A stretch of 64,000 nucleotides of DNA from an uncultured Verrucomicrobiae bacterium (GCA_963707025.1 CAVPOM010000016.1:32001-96000), one strand, 5' to 3'. Positions 8,929-19,128 are shown, counted from the first letter of the stretch. Notes: generated by a model not told the origin, from the letters alone. Numbers and translations: made by a program.

Positions 8929-9918
8929 CTACGTTGTAAAATCAGCCAGGGGAATTCCCGCGATCCCTTCCAGCACCCGGATGGGCGCCCGCTCCGGGCG
9001 GATGACCACCCGCAGAGGAATGGTGAAGCCCTGCTCCAGCGTGCCTGCGGCGGACAACTCGGCGTGCGGCACCGCATCGGTCAGACAGATCCAGCTCGAG
9101 CCAGGCGGGAATTCCAGCCGGATTTTCTTGCTCTTCTCCTGCCAGTCCTTTTTCTCCTTCAAATGCTGCTCAAACCCAAGCATAAACCGGTCGTAGGCGG
9201 TCCATTCCGCGGCCTTCATCCCCAGCATCAACTTTAATTCGCGCACCAGCGGATGACTGCGCTGGCTGCCGCGCGCCGCGATCCGCCCCAGTCCCGCTTC
9301 CTGCGCGTACCGCTGTGCCAGCGCCTCAAAGCTCTCCGCGACCGCCCAAACCACCGGTTCCACCGGGTGAATGTTGGTAAAACATCGCAGGAGGCGCCGT
9401 CCCCGCGTCGGGCGGGTGGAAAAAGCGTCCAGATGGAGCAGGTCGTTGCGCCCCCGTTGCGGCTGGGCGCTTGTTCTCCCGTTCCACCGCAGGCTGGCAT
9501 GATCCAGCGTCCAATCCATCGCATACGGCGCTAGAATCCAGCCGAGCAACCTCGTCACTTCCGACGAGTAACGCCGCAGGATGCCATGCACGCGCCGGCC
9601 GGCGCTCTTGGACCCCATCGTCCCCTTCAGGGGGCCTTCCAGCGGATGATACGAAACCGCGCTCTCCTGTCGCAAGCCGGCCTTTCCCCATGTCAACAAA
9701 ATTTCCTGGTCCGCTTTGGCGAAATCAAAGGGGCTGCGCTCGAAGAACAGAATGCGCCCCTCCTCCAACTGTTCGCAGCATTGGCGGGCGCGCGGCAACG
9801 CCTCTGCCGGCGCCGCCCAGCCTTCCGGGTGCTGGTAATCGTCCACCCGTATCAGCACATCCTCTGCGGGCGGGCTGGGTTGGGCGCAGGCAGGTGGACC
9901 TTCGTGCATCGTGCTCAT
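8929..9918 (-). CDS. Kdo hydroxylase (KdoO)-family Fe(II)/2-oxoglutarate oxygenase
   Basis: LEEGRILFF, RNDLLHLDAF.TRPT.G.R.LR.FTNI.P, YDRFML, FPPGSSW...D.V.HA. Confidence 0.75.
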   Translation of the reverse strand: MSTMHEGPPACAQPSPPAEDVLIRVDDYQHPEGWAAPAEALPRARQCCEQLEEGRILFFERSPFDFAKADQEILLTWGKAGLRQESAVSYHPLEGPLKGTMGSKSAGRRVHGILRRYSSEVTRLLGWILAPYAMDWTLDHASLRWNGRTSAQPQRGRNDLLHLDAFSTRPTRGRRLLRCFTNIHPVEPVVWAVAESFEALAQRYAQEAGLGRIAARGSQRSHPLVRELKLMLGMKAAEWTAYDRFMLGFEQHLKEKKDWQEKSKKIRLEFPPGSSWICLTDAVPHAELSAAGTLEQGFTIPLRVVIRPERAPIRVLEGIAGIPLADFTT

Positions 9919-10660
9919 AAATGCCGGCTGGCGGTCAGCGATGGCGGCTCAGCCTGCCGCTTCCCCGGCCCCAAGTCAAGCCCTCCCCATTGCCGGTGGC
10001 AGCACCCTGATTTGTTGCTGAGCCAGGTCTGTGGCCCCAAATCGGCGCGCCGCGCCGGCGCTGCCGCCATCAATTTAATCTGTCCGGGGGACAGGCAGAC
10101 TTGAAAGGGGCTTCGTATCGCCGGAGAATTCCGGCGCGGAATTGCGCCGAATCGTCCGGGTTGGCCGGTGGGTCGGAATGGGCTGCCCCGGCGGCCTCAG
10201 AGGCAGCCTCCGGGATGGCCGGCGCAAGCCGGTTGCTTGACTGGGCGGCGGCAGAGTCAAGCTTGCCGCCCGCTTCGCGAGGAGAAGATGATTTGATCAA
10301 ATGTGCCATAGTCGCTCCTTCCACGTTCAGAACTTAGCCTCATTATTACCGTTGCTTCCAATGCGCCCGACAGGTTGTGCCAGGGGCGGAGCCGGTTCAT
10401 CACCCGATGCGGCTCCCGTGCGCCCGGCTTGGACGCGATGAGTCATTGATTTCCTGGGAAATCGGGTCTTGCAGCGACCATAAACAATGTCATTGGCAAG
10501 TCAAGCCTCAATTGCGGGCTGGTCGAACGAAAAGCCCTCCATCAGCAATCCTGGGACGGAAAACTCGCAGGGTTCGGGCCTGCCCGGGGCGCCCTTTTTC
10601 CCAAGGAAAGCGCGGCCCGCCAGAGGCCACGCGCCTCGGGCCGGGGGCGGACGGGGTGGT

Positions 10661-11404
10661 TTATGGTGGCGCGACGGCCTGGCCGGAGGTGAGGCTGAGG
10701 AAGACTTGTTCGAGGGTGCCATTGGCGCCGGCGCTGGCCTGGCGGCGCAGTTCGCCGGCCGTGCCCACCGCCACCAGACGGCCCTGATGCATGATGCCCA
10801 CCAGGTCGGCCATTTCCTCGGCGACGCTGAGTTGGTGGGTGGAAAGGAAAACCGTGCAACCCCGCCGGGTGCGCTCTTTGAGAACGTCCTTGACGACGCG
10901 GGCGTGCTGGGGGTCGAGGCCGATCATCGGTTCGTCAATAATAAAAACTTCCGGGTCGTGCAGGAGGGAGGCGACGATGGCCACCCGCTGGCGCGTGCCG
11001 TGGGACAGCCCGTCAATGGGTTTGCCGGCGTATTCGTCCAGATGGAAGCGCGGGATCAATTCCCGGGCCGCCTCCTCCAGGAGCGCCCCGCTCATTTGAA
11101 AAATCTGGCCGGTGAACCGGAAGAATTCCCACGGTGTCAGTTTCTCGTAGAGAAAGGGGAAGTCCGGCACGTAGGCCATGCGGCGGCGCGCTTCCAGCGG
11201 GTCGGTCTGGATGTCAAAGCCGGCCACGCGCGCGCTGCCGGAAGTCGGCTTGAGCAGCCCGGCCAGGACCCGGAGCAGGGTGGTCTTGCCGGCGGCGTTG
11301 GGGCCCAGGACGGCGAAGAACTGGCCACGGCCGACTTGGAGAGTCAGATCGGAGACGGCCACCAGGTCGCCAAATTTTTTGGTGAGATGGCGCAGTTCGA
11401 TCAT
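10661..11404 (-). CDS. ABC transporter ATP-binding protein
   Basis: Walker A GPNAAGKTT, signature LSHG, Walker B IIDEP, H-loop STH. Confidence 0.9.
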   Translation of the reverse strand: MIELRHLTKKFGDLVAVSDLTLQVGRGQFFAVLGPNAAGKTTLLRVLAGLLKPTSGSARVAGFDIQTDPLEARRRMAYVPDFPFLYEKLTPWEFFRFTGQIFQMSGALLEEAARELIPRFHLDEYAGKPIDGLSHGTRQRVAIVASLLHDPEVFIIDEPMIGLDPQHARVVKDVLKERTRRGCTVFLSTHQLSVAEEMADLVGIMHQGRLVAVGTAGELRRQASAGANGTLEQVFLSLTSGQAVAPP

Positions 11405-12210
11405 CCGTTGCTGGCGGGACTGAGGGCCTGATTGCGCAGGGAAATTTTGCGGGGCAGGTCCACCCGCAGAATTTCGCCGACGGGGCTGACAAAAATTTCC
11501 ACCCGCTGCCCCAAAACGAAGGCGTCCAGCCGGTAAGCGCGCACGGTGGTGTCCCCGTACTTCATGTGGTCTTCGTGGGCCTCCCACTCAATGGTGCGAA
11601 CGGTCACGCCGGGCAGGCTTTGGTTCATGCCCAGGACGCCCAGGGCGAAGGTGCCGCCCACTTCTCCGAAGAGCGACTGGGGGTCGCGCAGTTCGGCGAA
11701 GGTCCAGGTCTTGTCCCAGGCGGTGTCGCCTTCGTTGACTTTGAGCATGATTTTTTCCTCCTTGGCCAGGGCGTGGACGTCCCAGGACTTGGGCGGCATG
11801 GAGGCGTGAAAGCGGAAATCCTGCCAGACCTTGTTGGTGTCCAGGGCGAAAGCAATTTGGAATTTGACGTGGTTGCTGTTTTTGTAGAGGAGGCGGCCCG
11901 CGAAACTCAAGGTGTAGCCGGTGAGCTTTTGCCCCAGCCCGTCCGGCCGGAATTCGGCCGCAAGGATTTTGCTGCTGATCAGGGGCGAATCGGCCAGGCC
12001 CGCCGTCCAACTGCCCGAACCGGTCTTGACTTCGTGATCGTAGATGTCCAGGCGGGAATTGTCCGGGGCGGTCAGGATCTTATCCCAGACGGCTTCGGCC
12101 GGCAGGGCGCTGCCAAAGGCGCTGTGCCCGCCGAACTGGGACTGCCAGAGCAAATAGTTCATGGACAGCCAGAAGACGGTCACTCCCAAAAAGAAGAGGC
12201 GCGGGCGCAT
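11401..12210 (-). CDS. Membrane-anchored hypothetical protein
   Basis: N-terminal hydrophobic helix; overlaps both neighbouring genes. Confidence 0.65.
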   Translation of the reverse strand: MRPRLFFLGVTVFWLSMNYLLWQSQFGGHSAFGSALPAEAVWDKILTAPDNSRLDIYDHEVKTGSGSWTAGLADSPLISSKILAAEFRPDGLGQKLTGYTLSFAGRLLYKNSNHVKFQIAFALDTNKVWQDFRFHASMPPKSWDVHALAKEEKIMLKVNEGDTAWDKTWTFAELRDPQSLFGEVGGTFALGVLGMNQSLPGVTVRTIEWEAHEDHMKYGDTTVRAYRLDAFVLGQRVEIFVSPVGEILRVDLPRKISLRNQALSPASNG

Positions 12211-12998
12211 CAGGGCAAATTCAAATTCTGGCCGATGCGCAGATGGGTGGGGCTGATATTGGGATTGGCGGCCAGGACGGCGCTGGGTTTGAGCCCGTAA
12301 CGGGCCGCCACCGAGTAAATGCTGTCTTTGGGCTGGATGACGTAGGTGCGGGGATGGGCGGCCTCCGTGGCCGGCGGATTGGTGAAGGCGGATTGCGGAT
12401 TGGCCGACGCGGCCTGATTTGGATTAGGATTAAGACCAGGATTCGGAACGGGATTGCCGGCTAAAGGGCGGATGGGCTGGGCGGGCGCGGTCCCGGGAGC
12501 GGGGAGCGGGGCAACGCCGGCGCCGGGGTGATTTCTGGCTTCATCCAATTGCCGTTTGAGGAGGCGGTTTTCTTCGGTCAGGGCATAGACTTCGCGCTGC
12601 AGATTCTGGCTGTTGGGCAGGGGGAACTCCGTGCCGGCCAGCTCCAGTTTGCAGCCGCGGATGCGTTCGCGCACCAGCGGCGCGCGCGCGGAATCGGGGA
12701 CCAGGAGGAGGAGCCGTTCGTAGTGGTAGATGGCGGCGGCGTAGTTGTTGAGGTTGTTGTCGTAAAGGCAGCCCAATTCAAAATGGGCCGCCGCCGAACG
12801 CGGGTTGGTTTCCAGCGCCTTTTCAAACTCGTCCGCGGCCGCTTTGAACTCGTGGCTGTTGACCAGGTCCCGCCCGCGTTGGAAGTGCGGGTCCCGTTCC
12901 TCGTCCTGATGATTGTCGTTCCCCGGGAAACAACCGCACACTCCCGCCGCCACCAACATGAAAACGGCGCAGAAAAAAATAGGCCGCAAACATTTCAT
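12210..12998 (-). CDS. TPR + LysM domain lipoprotein
   Basis: Lipobox-like signal, TPR motifs (AAAHFELG), coiled coil, C-terminal LysM (YVIQPKDSIYSVAARYGL...L.IGQ.L.LP). Confidence 0.8.
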   Translation of the reverse strand: MKCLRPIFFCAVFMLVAAGVCGCFPGNDNHQDEERDPHFQRGRDLVNSHEFKAAADEFEKALETNPRSAAAHFELGCLYDNNLNNYAAAIYHYERLLLLVPDSARAPLVRERIRGCKLELAGTEFPLPNSQNLQREVYALTEENRLLKRQLDEARNHPGAGVAPLPAPGTAPAQPIRPLAGNPVPNPGLNPNPNQAASANPQSAFTNPPATEAAHPRTYVIQPKDSIYSVAARYGLKPSAVLAANPNISPTHLRIGQNLNLP

Positions 12999-13126
12999 GG
13001 GCCGCATCATAAACGATCCGGGGCCAAAGGTCAAAGCTTCCTTGACATCCCCAATCTCCGCCCAACGCGGGCGCTTGAACTCCCCGGCGATGCGACGGTT
13101 TCAGGCCGGGCGCGCATCTCACTTTT

Positions 13127-13223
13127 TATACCATTTCCAGTTTGCTGTGGCACTGTAGCGGCGGTCTGCGACCGCCGCCAATCGCTTTGCCAACAGTGCA
13201 GTTACGAACTGGAAGACGTATTA
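13127..13223. mobile_element. ~95-bp MITE-like element with IS630-type ends and an internal GTAG-REP hairpin
   Basis: TATACCATTTCCAGTT...AACTGGAAGACGTATTA ends; internal GTAGCGGCGGTCTGCGACCGCCG; an inverted second copy at 28273-28367. Confidence 0.6.
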
Positions 13224-13340
13224 GACAGTTCCCAGGCAGGGACGCCGCACGGCGGCCCTGCCCAAAAAACAGCCCAAAAAAGCTCTTGCGCGGCAAGCGG
13301 CCGCAGCCTATATTTTCCGTTCTTTTGAAAAAACTGATTT

Positions 13341-13550
13341 ATGCGACGACCCAGAGGCATTAAAACGAAAAAGTCGGTGGCCAAGCGATTCAAAATCACC
13401 GGCACCGGCAAGGTCATGCGCATGCGCGCCGGCAAACGGCACTTGCTCCAAACCAAAAACCCCAAGCGCCGGCGCAATCTGGGCACGTCCAAACAGGTGG
13501 ACCCGACGGATGCTTACCGGGTTTTGCAGAATCTGCCTTTCAGTCATTGA
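13341..13550 (+). CDS. rpmI: 50S ribosomal protein L35
   Basis: KTKKSVAKRFKITGTGKV...GKRHLL. Confidence 0.95.
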   Translation: MRRPRGIKTKKSVAKRFKITGTGKVMRMRAGKRHLLQTKNPKRRRNLGTSKQVDPTDAYRVLQNLPFSH

Positions 13551-13583
13551 CCGGGCCGCTCCACCCTTTTCCCCCGACTTAAC

Positions 13584-13970
13584 ATGCGTGTCACCAATTC
13601 TCCCGCCTCCCGCAAGCGCCGCATGCGGACCATCAAAGCCGCCAAGGGCTTTCGTCTCAAGCGCTCCAAACTTTACCGCTACGCCTCCGATGCGCTCGAC
13701 CACGGCCTGCAATACGCCTACCGCGACCGCAAAACCAAGAAGCGCAATTACCGGGCTTTGTGGCAGGTGCGCATCAACGCCGCGGCCCGCGCCGCGGGCA
13801 CCACTTACAGCCGTTTCATGGAGGGGCTCAAGGCGGCCCAGTGCGCCCTGGATCGCAAGGTGCTGGCGGATCTGGCCGCCACGGACAGCGCCGCCTTCGG
13901 CGAATTGGTGCAACTGTCGCAAAAGTCCCTGGCGGCCAAGGCGGCGGCGCGCCTGCCGGCCAAAACTTGA
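13584..13970 (+). CDS. rplT: 50S ribosomal protein L20
   Basis: AKGF...YAYRDRK.KKRNYRALW..RINAA...YSRFM.GLK...LDRKVLA.LA. Confidence 0.95.
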   Translation: MRVTNSPASRKRRMRTIKAAKGFRLKRSKLYRYASDALDHGLQYAYRDRKTKKRNYRALWQVRINAAARAAGTTYSRFMEGLKAAQCALDRKVLADLAATDSAAFGELVQLSQKSLAAKAAARLPAKT

Positions 13971-14019
13971 ATTGTGAAAAGTGGCCGCACAGCTCCGCCC
14001 GGTCCGATGGGTTTGCCTT

Positions 14020-15024
14020 ATGCCTCTGCTCGATGACATCGCACCCCTGAAGGAGGCGGCCCTGGCCGAGTTGACGGCCGCGACCGACCTGGCCGGCCTG
14101 GAGCAGGCCAAGGGGACCTGGCTGGGACCGCATGGGAAATTTACCGCGCTGATGAAGCAATTGGCCGCCCTGCCCAGGGAGGAACGTCCCGCCGCGGGCA
14201 AGTCGTTCAACCAAACCAAGGCGGCCTTGGAAGCGGTTGTAACCCAGCGCCGCGGCGACCTGGAACTCCAGGCCGCCCTGCCCAGGGAACAAACCGATTT
14301 TACCCTGCCGGGACGCCGCCGCCCGCTGGGCAAGCTTCATCCCCTGACCCAGGTTACCGAAGAGATCGTGCGCAGTTTTCGCAAGCTCGGTTTTGCCGTG
14401 GCCGACGGGCCGGAGGTGGAGACCGACTATTATTGCTTCGACGCGCTGAACACGCCGGAGGATCATCCGGCGCGCGCGGAGCAGGACACCTTTTATTTGC
14501 ACGGCACCGACGGCCAACTGCTGCGCACCCACACCTCCTCGGTGCAAATCCGCGCCATGAAAAAGCAGGCCCCGCCGGTGCGCATCATTGCGCCGGGCCG
14601 GGTCTATCGCCGCGACACCCCCGACGCCACCCACAATCCGACCTTCCACCAGATCGAGGGATTGTACGTGGACCGCGGGGTGACGGCAGGGGATTTGAAA
14701 GGAACGGTGGAGTTTGTTTTCCGGCAATTGCTGGGGGCGGAGACGAATATCCGTTTTCGTCCGCACTATTTTTCCTACACCGAGCCGAGCTTTGAAATTG
14801 ATTTTTCCAACACGCTGACCAAAAAGATGGGCCGGGAATGGCTGGAAATCGCCGGCTGCGGCATGGTCCATCCCCAGGTTTTTGAGAACGTGGGCTACGA
14901 TCCGGAGATTTGGACCGGATGGGCCTTCGGCTTTGGCATCGAGCGGGTGGCCATGATTCGTTACGGCATCCCCGACATCCGCCTGTTTTACGAAAACGAT
15001 GTCCGATTCCTGCGCCAATTTTAA
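14020..15024 (+). CDS. pheS: Phenylalanine-tRNA ligase alpha subunit
   Basis: HPAR...DTFY, LLRTHTS.VQ, PGRVYR, DATH.P.FHQ.EG, FRPHYF..TEPS, AFG.G.ER. Confidence 0.95.
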   Translation: MPLLDDIAPLKEAALAELTAATDLAGLEQAKGTWLGPHGKFTALMKQLAALPREERPAAGKSFNQTKAALEAVVTQRRGDLELQAALPREQTDFTLPGRRRPLGKLHPLTQVTEEIVRSFRKLGFAVADGPEVETDYYCFDALNTPEDHPARAEQDTFYLHGTDGQLLRTHTSSVQIRAMKKQAPPVRIIAPGRVYRRDTPDATHNPTFHQIEGLYVDRGVTAGDLKGTVEFVFRQLLGAETNIRFRPHYFSYTEPSFEIDFSNTLTKKMGREWLEIAGCGMVHPQVFENVGYDPEIWTGWAFGFGIERVAMIRYGIPDIRLFYENDVRFLRQF

Positions 15025-15094
15025 AACGGGCCCGCCCCGTTTTGTCTTGCCACCGGCAGGCAAAAAGGCGAAAAAATATACCGATCAATTTCAC

Positions 15095-15475
15095 ATGGCC
15101 GAAAAAGCAAAAATTCTCGTGGTCGAAGACGAACCCAGCCTGCGCCTGCTGGTGCGCAAAGTGCTGGAACGAAGCGGCTTCGAGGTGCTGGAGGCCGCCT
15201 CCGGCATGTCCGCCATGCAATTATGGGACAAGGACAAGCCCCATATTGATCTGCTCCTGACCGACATGGTGATGCCCGACGGGATGAGCGGACGCCAATT
15301 GGCCGATCGCCTCAAGGCCGACAACCCGGGCTTGAAAGTCCTTTACACTTCGGGCTACAGCACCGAGTTGCTGGGCAAGGACCTGGCCTTGCAGGAGGGG
15401 ACCAATTTCCTGCAAAAACCTTATCCGCCATCCAAGCTGGTCCAAACCGTCCGCACCGCCCTGGGCTTGGATTGA
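15095..15475 (+). CDS. Single-domain response regulator (CheY-like receiver)
   Basis: ILVVEDE, LLTDMVMP, YTSGY, FLQKP. Confidence 0.9.
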   Translation: MAEKAKILVVEDEPSLRLLVRKVLERSGFEVLEAASGMSAMQLWDKDKPHIDLLLTDMVMPDGMSGRQLADRLKADNPGLKVLYTSGYSTELLGKDLALQEGTNFLQKPYPPSKLVQTVRTALGLD

Positions 15476-15508
15476 CCCGGCGCCGCCCGCGTGGGCATAA
15501 ATCCCGGG

Positions 15509-16153
15509 TCAAGGCGACAAACGTTCAATTCTCCACCCGCCCGCCGCCTGGCGGGTGTAACAGAAGCGGTCGTGCAGGCGGTCGGGGCGGCCCTGCCAGA
15601 ATTCGATGGTGGCGGGGGTGATGACGTAGCCGCCCCAGCAGGGCGGGCAGGGAACCGGGCCGCCGGAAAATTTCTTCTTTACTTGGGCCAGTTCCTTTTC
15701 CAAGTCGGCCCTCCGGGCCACCGCCTCGCTTTGCGGCGAGGCCCAGGCCGTCCACTGGCTGCCCTCGTGACGCTTCTGAAAATAGGCTTCCGATTCTTCC
15801 CGCGGCACTTTGGCGGCGGCCCCGCAGATGCTGACCTGCCGTTCCAGTTCGCGCCAATAAACCAGCAGGGCGACGCGCGGGTTGGCCTCCAATTCGCGCC
15901 CCTTGCGGCTCTGGCAATTGGTGAAGAACAGGAAGCCGCGCGCATCCACGCCCTTGAGCAGGACAATGCGGGCCGAGGGCTGGCCTTCTGGGCCGACGGT
16001 GGCCAGGGACATGGCGCTGGGTTCCAGCACCTGCGCGCGAATGGCTTCGTCGAACCACAATTCAAACTGTTGGATGGGGTCCGGCGCCAAATCGGTGCGG
16101 CGCAAGCCCGCCAGCGCGTATTCGCGTCTAAGATCGTCAAGTGAGGCTCTCAT
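15509..16153 (-). CDS. pdxH: Pyridoxamine 5'-phosphate oxidase
   Basis: LRREY, PSARIVLLK, SRKG, RQV, WGGY, EFWQGRPDRLHDR, W.IERLSP. Confidence 0.95.
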   Translation of the reverse strand: MRASLDDLRREYALAGLRRTDLAPDPIQQFELWFDEAIRAQVLEPSAMSLATVGPEGQPSARIVLLKGVDARGFLFFTNCQSRKGRELEANPRVALLVYWRELERQVSICGAAAKVPREESEAYFQKRHEGSQWTAWASPQSEAVARRADLEKELAQVKKKFSGGPVPCPPCWGGYVITPATIEFWQGRPDRLHDRFCYTRQAAGGWRIERLSP

Positions 16154-16297
16154 TTGGTTTTAACCATTCTTATCAACAAATCTGCCCATAAATTACCCTA
16201 ATAATCGTCCGCCGTCAAGGCCGGCGGTGCTCTTATCCGTTGGCGGCGCCCCAAAAAAGGCTGCCGCGCCGCCGCCGCGGGCGCATCCCGGGTTTTG

Positions 16298-16362
16298 GCA
16301 GGGTCGCGGCGCTGCGCCGGCCTTGATCCCGATTCCGAATCGGGACGGCGTTCCTGCCTGAG
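16298..16362. repeat. REP-like palindromic repeat
   Basis: Contains TCCCGATTCCGAATCGGGA; a related copy at 60327-60388. Confidence 0.6.
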
Positions 16363-16449
16363 AATTGTCCAAAAAGTGAGATGCGCGCCGCCGCCGCCTC
16401 TGCCGCAAAATAGGGTTGCCAGCGCGCCGGTTTTGCCCATCCTTGCGGC

Positions 16450-17298
16450 GTGCGCTTTGTTTGCAAAGTCAACGCCATGCAGCGGCTGGGGCGGCAGTGG
16501 CAACAGGCCGGAAAAACGGTGGTCCTGGTGCCGACCATGGGGTCTTTGCATCGCGGCCATGTCCGCTTGATCGAGCGGGCGCGGCAATGGGCGGGACGCA
16601 AGGGCCGCGTGGTGGTCAGTCTTTATGTCAATCCGGCGCAATTCGGGCCCCAGGAGGATTTTGCCGCCTATCCCCGCGATCTGCAAGGCGATCAGCGTCT
16701 CTGCCGCGCGGCCGGGGTGGATGTCCTTTTTGCGCCGGAGAACGCGGAGATGTACCCGCCCGGTTTCAGCACGGCCGTGCAGGAGGAGAAGCTGGCGGGC
16801 GGAATGGAGGGGGCGGCGCGACCGGGACATTTCCGCGGGGTGACGACGATCGTGGCCAAGCTGTTCAACGTCGTGTTGCCGGCGGCGGCGGTCTTCGGCG
16901 CGAAGGACTTTCAGCAGGCGGCGGTGATCCGGCGCATGACGCGGGACTTGAGTTTTCCGGTGAAGATTGTGGTCGCGCCGACGGTGCGCGAGGCGGACGG
17001 GCTGGCGCTGAGTTCGCGCAACCAATATCTTTCGCCCGCGCAACGGGAGCAGGCCTCGGTGCTGTGGCGGGCCATCCAGCGCGCGCAAGAGACGGTGGCC
17101 CGGCGGCCGGTGGCGGCGGCGCGGTTGAAACGGGAAACGGCCCGCCTGGTCGCGGTGCAGGCCGGGGCGCGCCTGGATTATGTCGAGTTCTTCGACCCGG
17201 AAACCCTGCAGCCCGTCAAGAAAGCCAGGCCCGGCACGCACATGGCCCTGGCCGTTTTTGTGGGCCGGACCCGTTTAATTGACAACGGGCGGCTCTAA
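16450..17298 (+). CDS. panC: Pantoate-beta-alanine ligase
   Basis: VPTMGSLHRGH, VNPAQF, RPGHFRGV, FG.KDFQQ, READGLALSSRN, RLIDN. Confidence 0.95.
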   Translation: MRFVCKVNAMQRLGRQWQQAGKTVVLVPTMGSLHRGHVRLIERARQWAGRKGRVVVSLYVNPAQFGPQEDFAAYPRDLQGDQRLCRAAGVDVLFAPENAEMYPPGFSTAVQEEKLAGGMEGAARPGHFRGVTTIVAKLFNVVLPAAAVFGAKDFQQAAVIRRMTRDLSFPVKIVVAPTVREADGLALSSRNQYLSPAQREQASVLWRAIQRAQETVARRPVAAARLKRETARLVAVQAGARLDYVEFFDPETLQPVKKARPGTHMALAVFVGRTRLIDNGRL

Positions 17299-17701
17299 TC
17301 CGCCGCGCCCGCAGCTCAGTCGGCTTGCTAAAGCAGGAAGGCCGGGCTGGCTTGTTGCCCCGCGTTGTCCCGCTGCAAGCCCTGCGAGTGTGGAAGGCGG
17401 AGCTTCCGCCGTCACAATGACCATGGCGGACAAGACGGGGGGCAGGCTGTCCCCAACCTTTGCCGCGCGCGTTTCAGGGAAAATCCTTTAATGAACTGGA
17501 GGATAGAGACCAAACGCTGCTTCAACTTCGCGGATGCGCTGACGGCGCGGGTGATTCAGGTTAAGTGCTTCTACAGTGGCGCGGCCCTCAGCAGTCAATC
17601 CTTTGATTTGATAGCCGCAAAACCGGAAGTGTTCTGACCAGAGTTGCAGCACGGGATGAAATAACCGAACATGCCCGCCAGTCACCGGATCTGGCGCCCT
17701 A

Positions 17702-18705
17702 GAGCATTTCCATAAATCATGTAGCGTAGCGGGCGTTTAAAAAGAAGCCCCGGCAATCGGCGGTGGAGATGGCTTCAAAGGCAATCTTCGCCGCTTGGAG
17801 CAGTTCCTTGGCGGTTCGCGGCGCGAGACCTCGCATAATTTGTTTGACCTTGCTCCACATATTTTCGATGGGATTAAAGTCTGGCGAATAGGGCGGCAGA
17901 TACAGCAGCGTTGCCCCGGCCTCTTCGATGGCTTGGCGGACTCCGGTCACCTTATGCGTGGCCAAGTTGTCCATGATGACCAAGTCACCCTTGCGCAACT
18001 CCACCACCAGCCCCTGCTGGATCCAGGCCAAAAACATTTCCCCGTCCATGGCCCCCTCAAAGAGGCAGGGGGCCGCAGGCCCGGCCAGACGAATGGCGCA
18101 GACCAGGGTGGTGGTCTGATAATGTCCCTGCGGGACGTGGGCCGCCAGTCTTCGGCCCACGGGTGACCGCCCGCAAAAACGGGTCATCTTGGTGTTGGCC
18201 CCGCTTTCATCCACGAAGACCAGTCGGGCAGGTGGGTCACTTGCCAGACGCTCATGCCAATGGGCCCGCTTTTCGGCCACGTCCGGACGGTTCTGCTCGG
18301 CGGCGCAGAGCGTTTTTTTTATAGCTCAACCCCAGTTTGCGCAGCCACAAATCCACAGTGGAGGTCCCGAAAGGGCGGTCCAGACGCGCCCCCAACTCGG
18401 CCAACGTCGCGTCGGGCTGGGCCGCCACCAGCTTTTGCAGGCGAGCCTGGCGTCCGGCGTTCAGCAGCGTTTTGCGCCCGCACAAATGGGTTTGCGGCTG
18501 GAGCGTGCCGCGCTCTTGGAACTGCTGCCGGACCCGGCGCACCGCCGCCACGCAAAAGCCGAAAAAGTCCGCGATCTCGCGGGTGCTTTTGCCTTGTTCA
18601 TAGAGTTGCAGGATGCGCTCGCGCGCAGACACGGGTATCGCTCGCATGGCTCAAGCCTGCCAGCCCTCTCGCCCCAGTCAAGCTATATCATTTATGGAAA
18701 CGCTC
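17702..18705 (-). mobile_element. IS630-family insertion sequence
   Basis: TIRs GAGCATTTCCATAAAT / ATTTATGGAAACGCTC; TA duplication at 17700-17701 and 18706-18707. Confidence 0.95.
17717..18647 (-). CDS. IS630 transposase, two frames joined at an A8 run (18313-18320)
   Basis: HTH ORF plus DDE ORF (FVDESG, MDNLATHK, LPPYSPDFNPIE); downstream frame reads KKTLCAAEQNRPDV. Confidence 0.9.
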
Positions 18706-18906
18706 TAATGCCGCTGGCTTTATGCAGATTGCATCCAGGGCACGCCAGCGCGAGATTCTCTAAATCAGAGCGCCCACCCATGCACTGTGGGATGATGTGT
18801 TCGATGTGGAAAGTGGCTCCCTGGATGCTCTCGTGCATCAGGCAATATTGGCAACGTCCGCCAGCACGCGCCCGAACTGTGCGCGACAGTTCTTCCGGGA
18901 CGCTCA

Positions 18907-19128
18907 TTACGGCTGCCTGCCTAAAATCTGCAATGCTTCGCCGCGGACGAGCGACAGTTTCTCGCTCAATTCAACCAATGCCTCCAGTTCCTCTGTTTCA
19001 GATGCCTGTAGCAGCCCCTCGTTGTTTCGGTCCATTAGGTCCTGAAGACGATGATCCGCCTTCGTTGGAAAATGCAAATTCCCAACAGCCTCTATCCACT
19101 CAATCGGCGCGGCAATGGTTGAATTCAC
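18907..19128 (-). CDS. Small helical protein upstream of the HNH gene (putative antitoxin)
   Basis: RLQDLMDRNNEG.L...E.EEL..LV.L; stop codon overlaps the HNH start (TAATG). Confidence 0.65.
   Translation of the reverse strand: MNSTIAAPIEWIEAVGNLHFPTKADHRLQDLMDRNNEGLLQASETEELEALVELSEKLSLVRGEALQILGRQP

Larger units (their letters stand above)
17488..18907 (-). pseudogene. HNH endonuclease interrupted by IS630
   Basis: N-part CQYC...HIEHIIP..GG...NLALAC.GCN.HK; removing the IS and one TA restores an in-frame join HKASGI-RAPDPVTGGHVRLFHP. Confidence 0.85.

Noticed and set aside
10070..10324. 84-aa ORF upstream of the Kdo hydroxylase-like gene
   Set aside because: Low complexity and no motif; cannot be supported.
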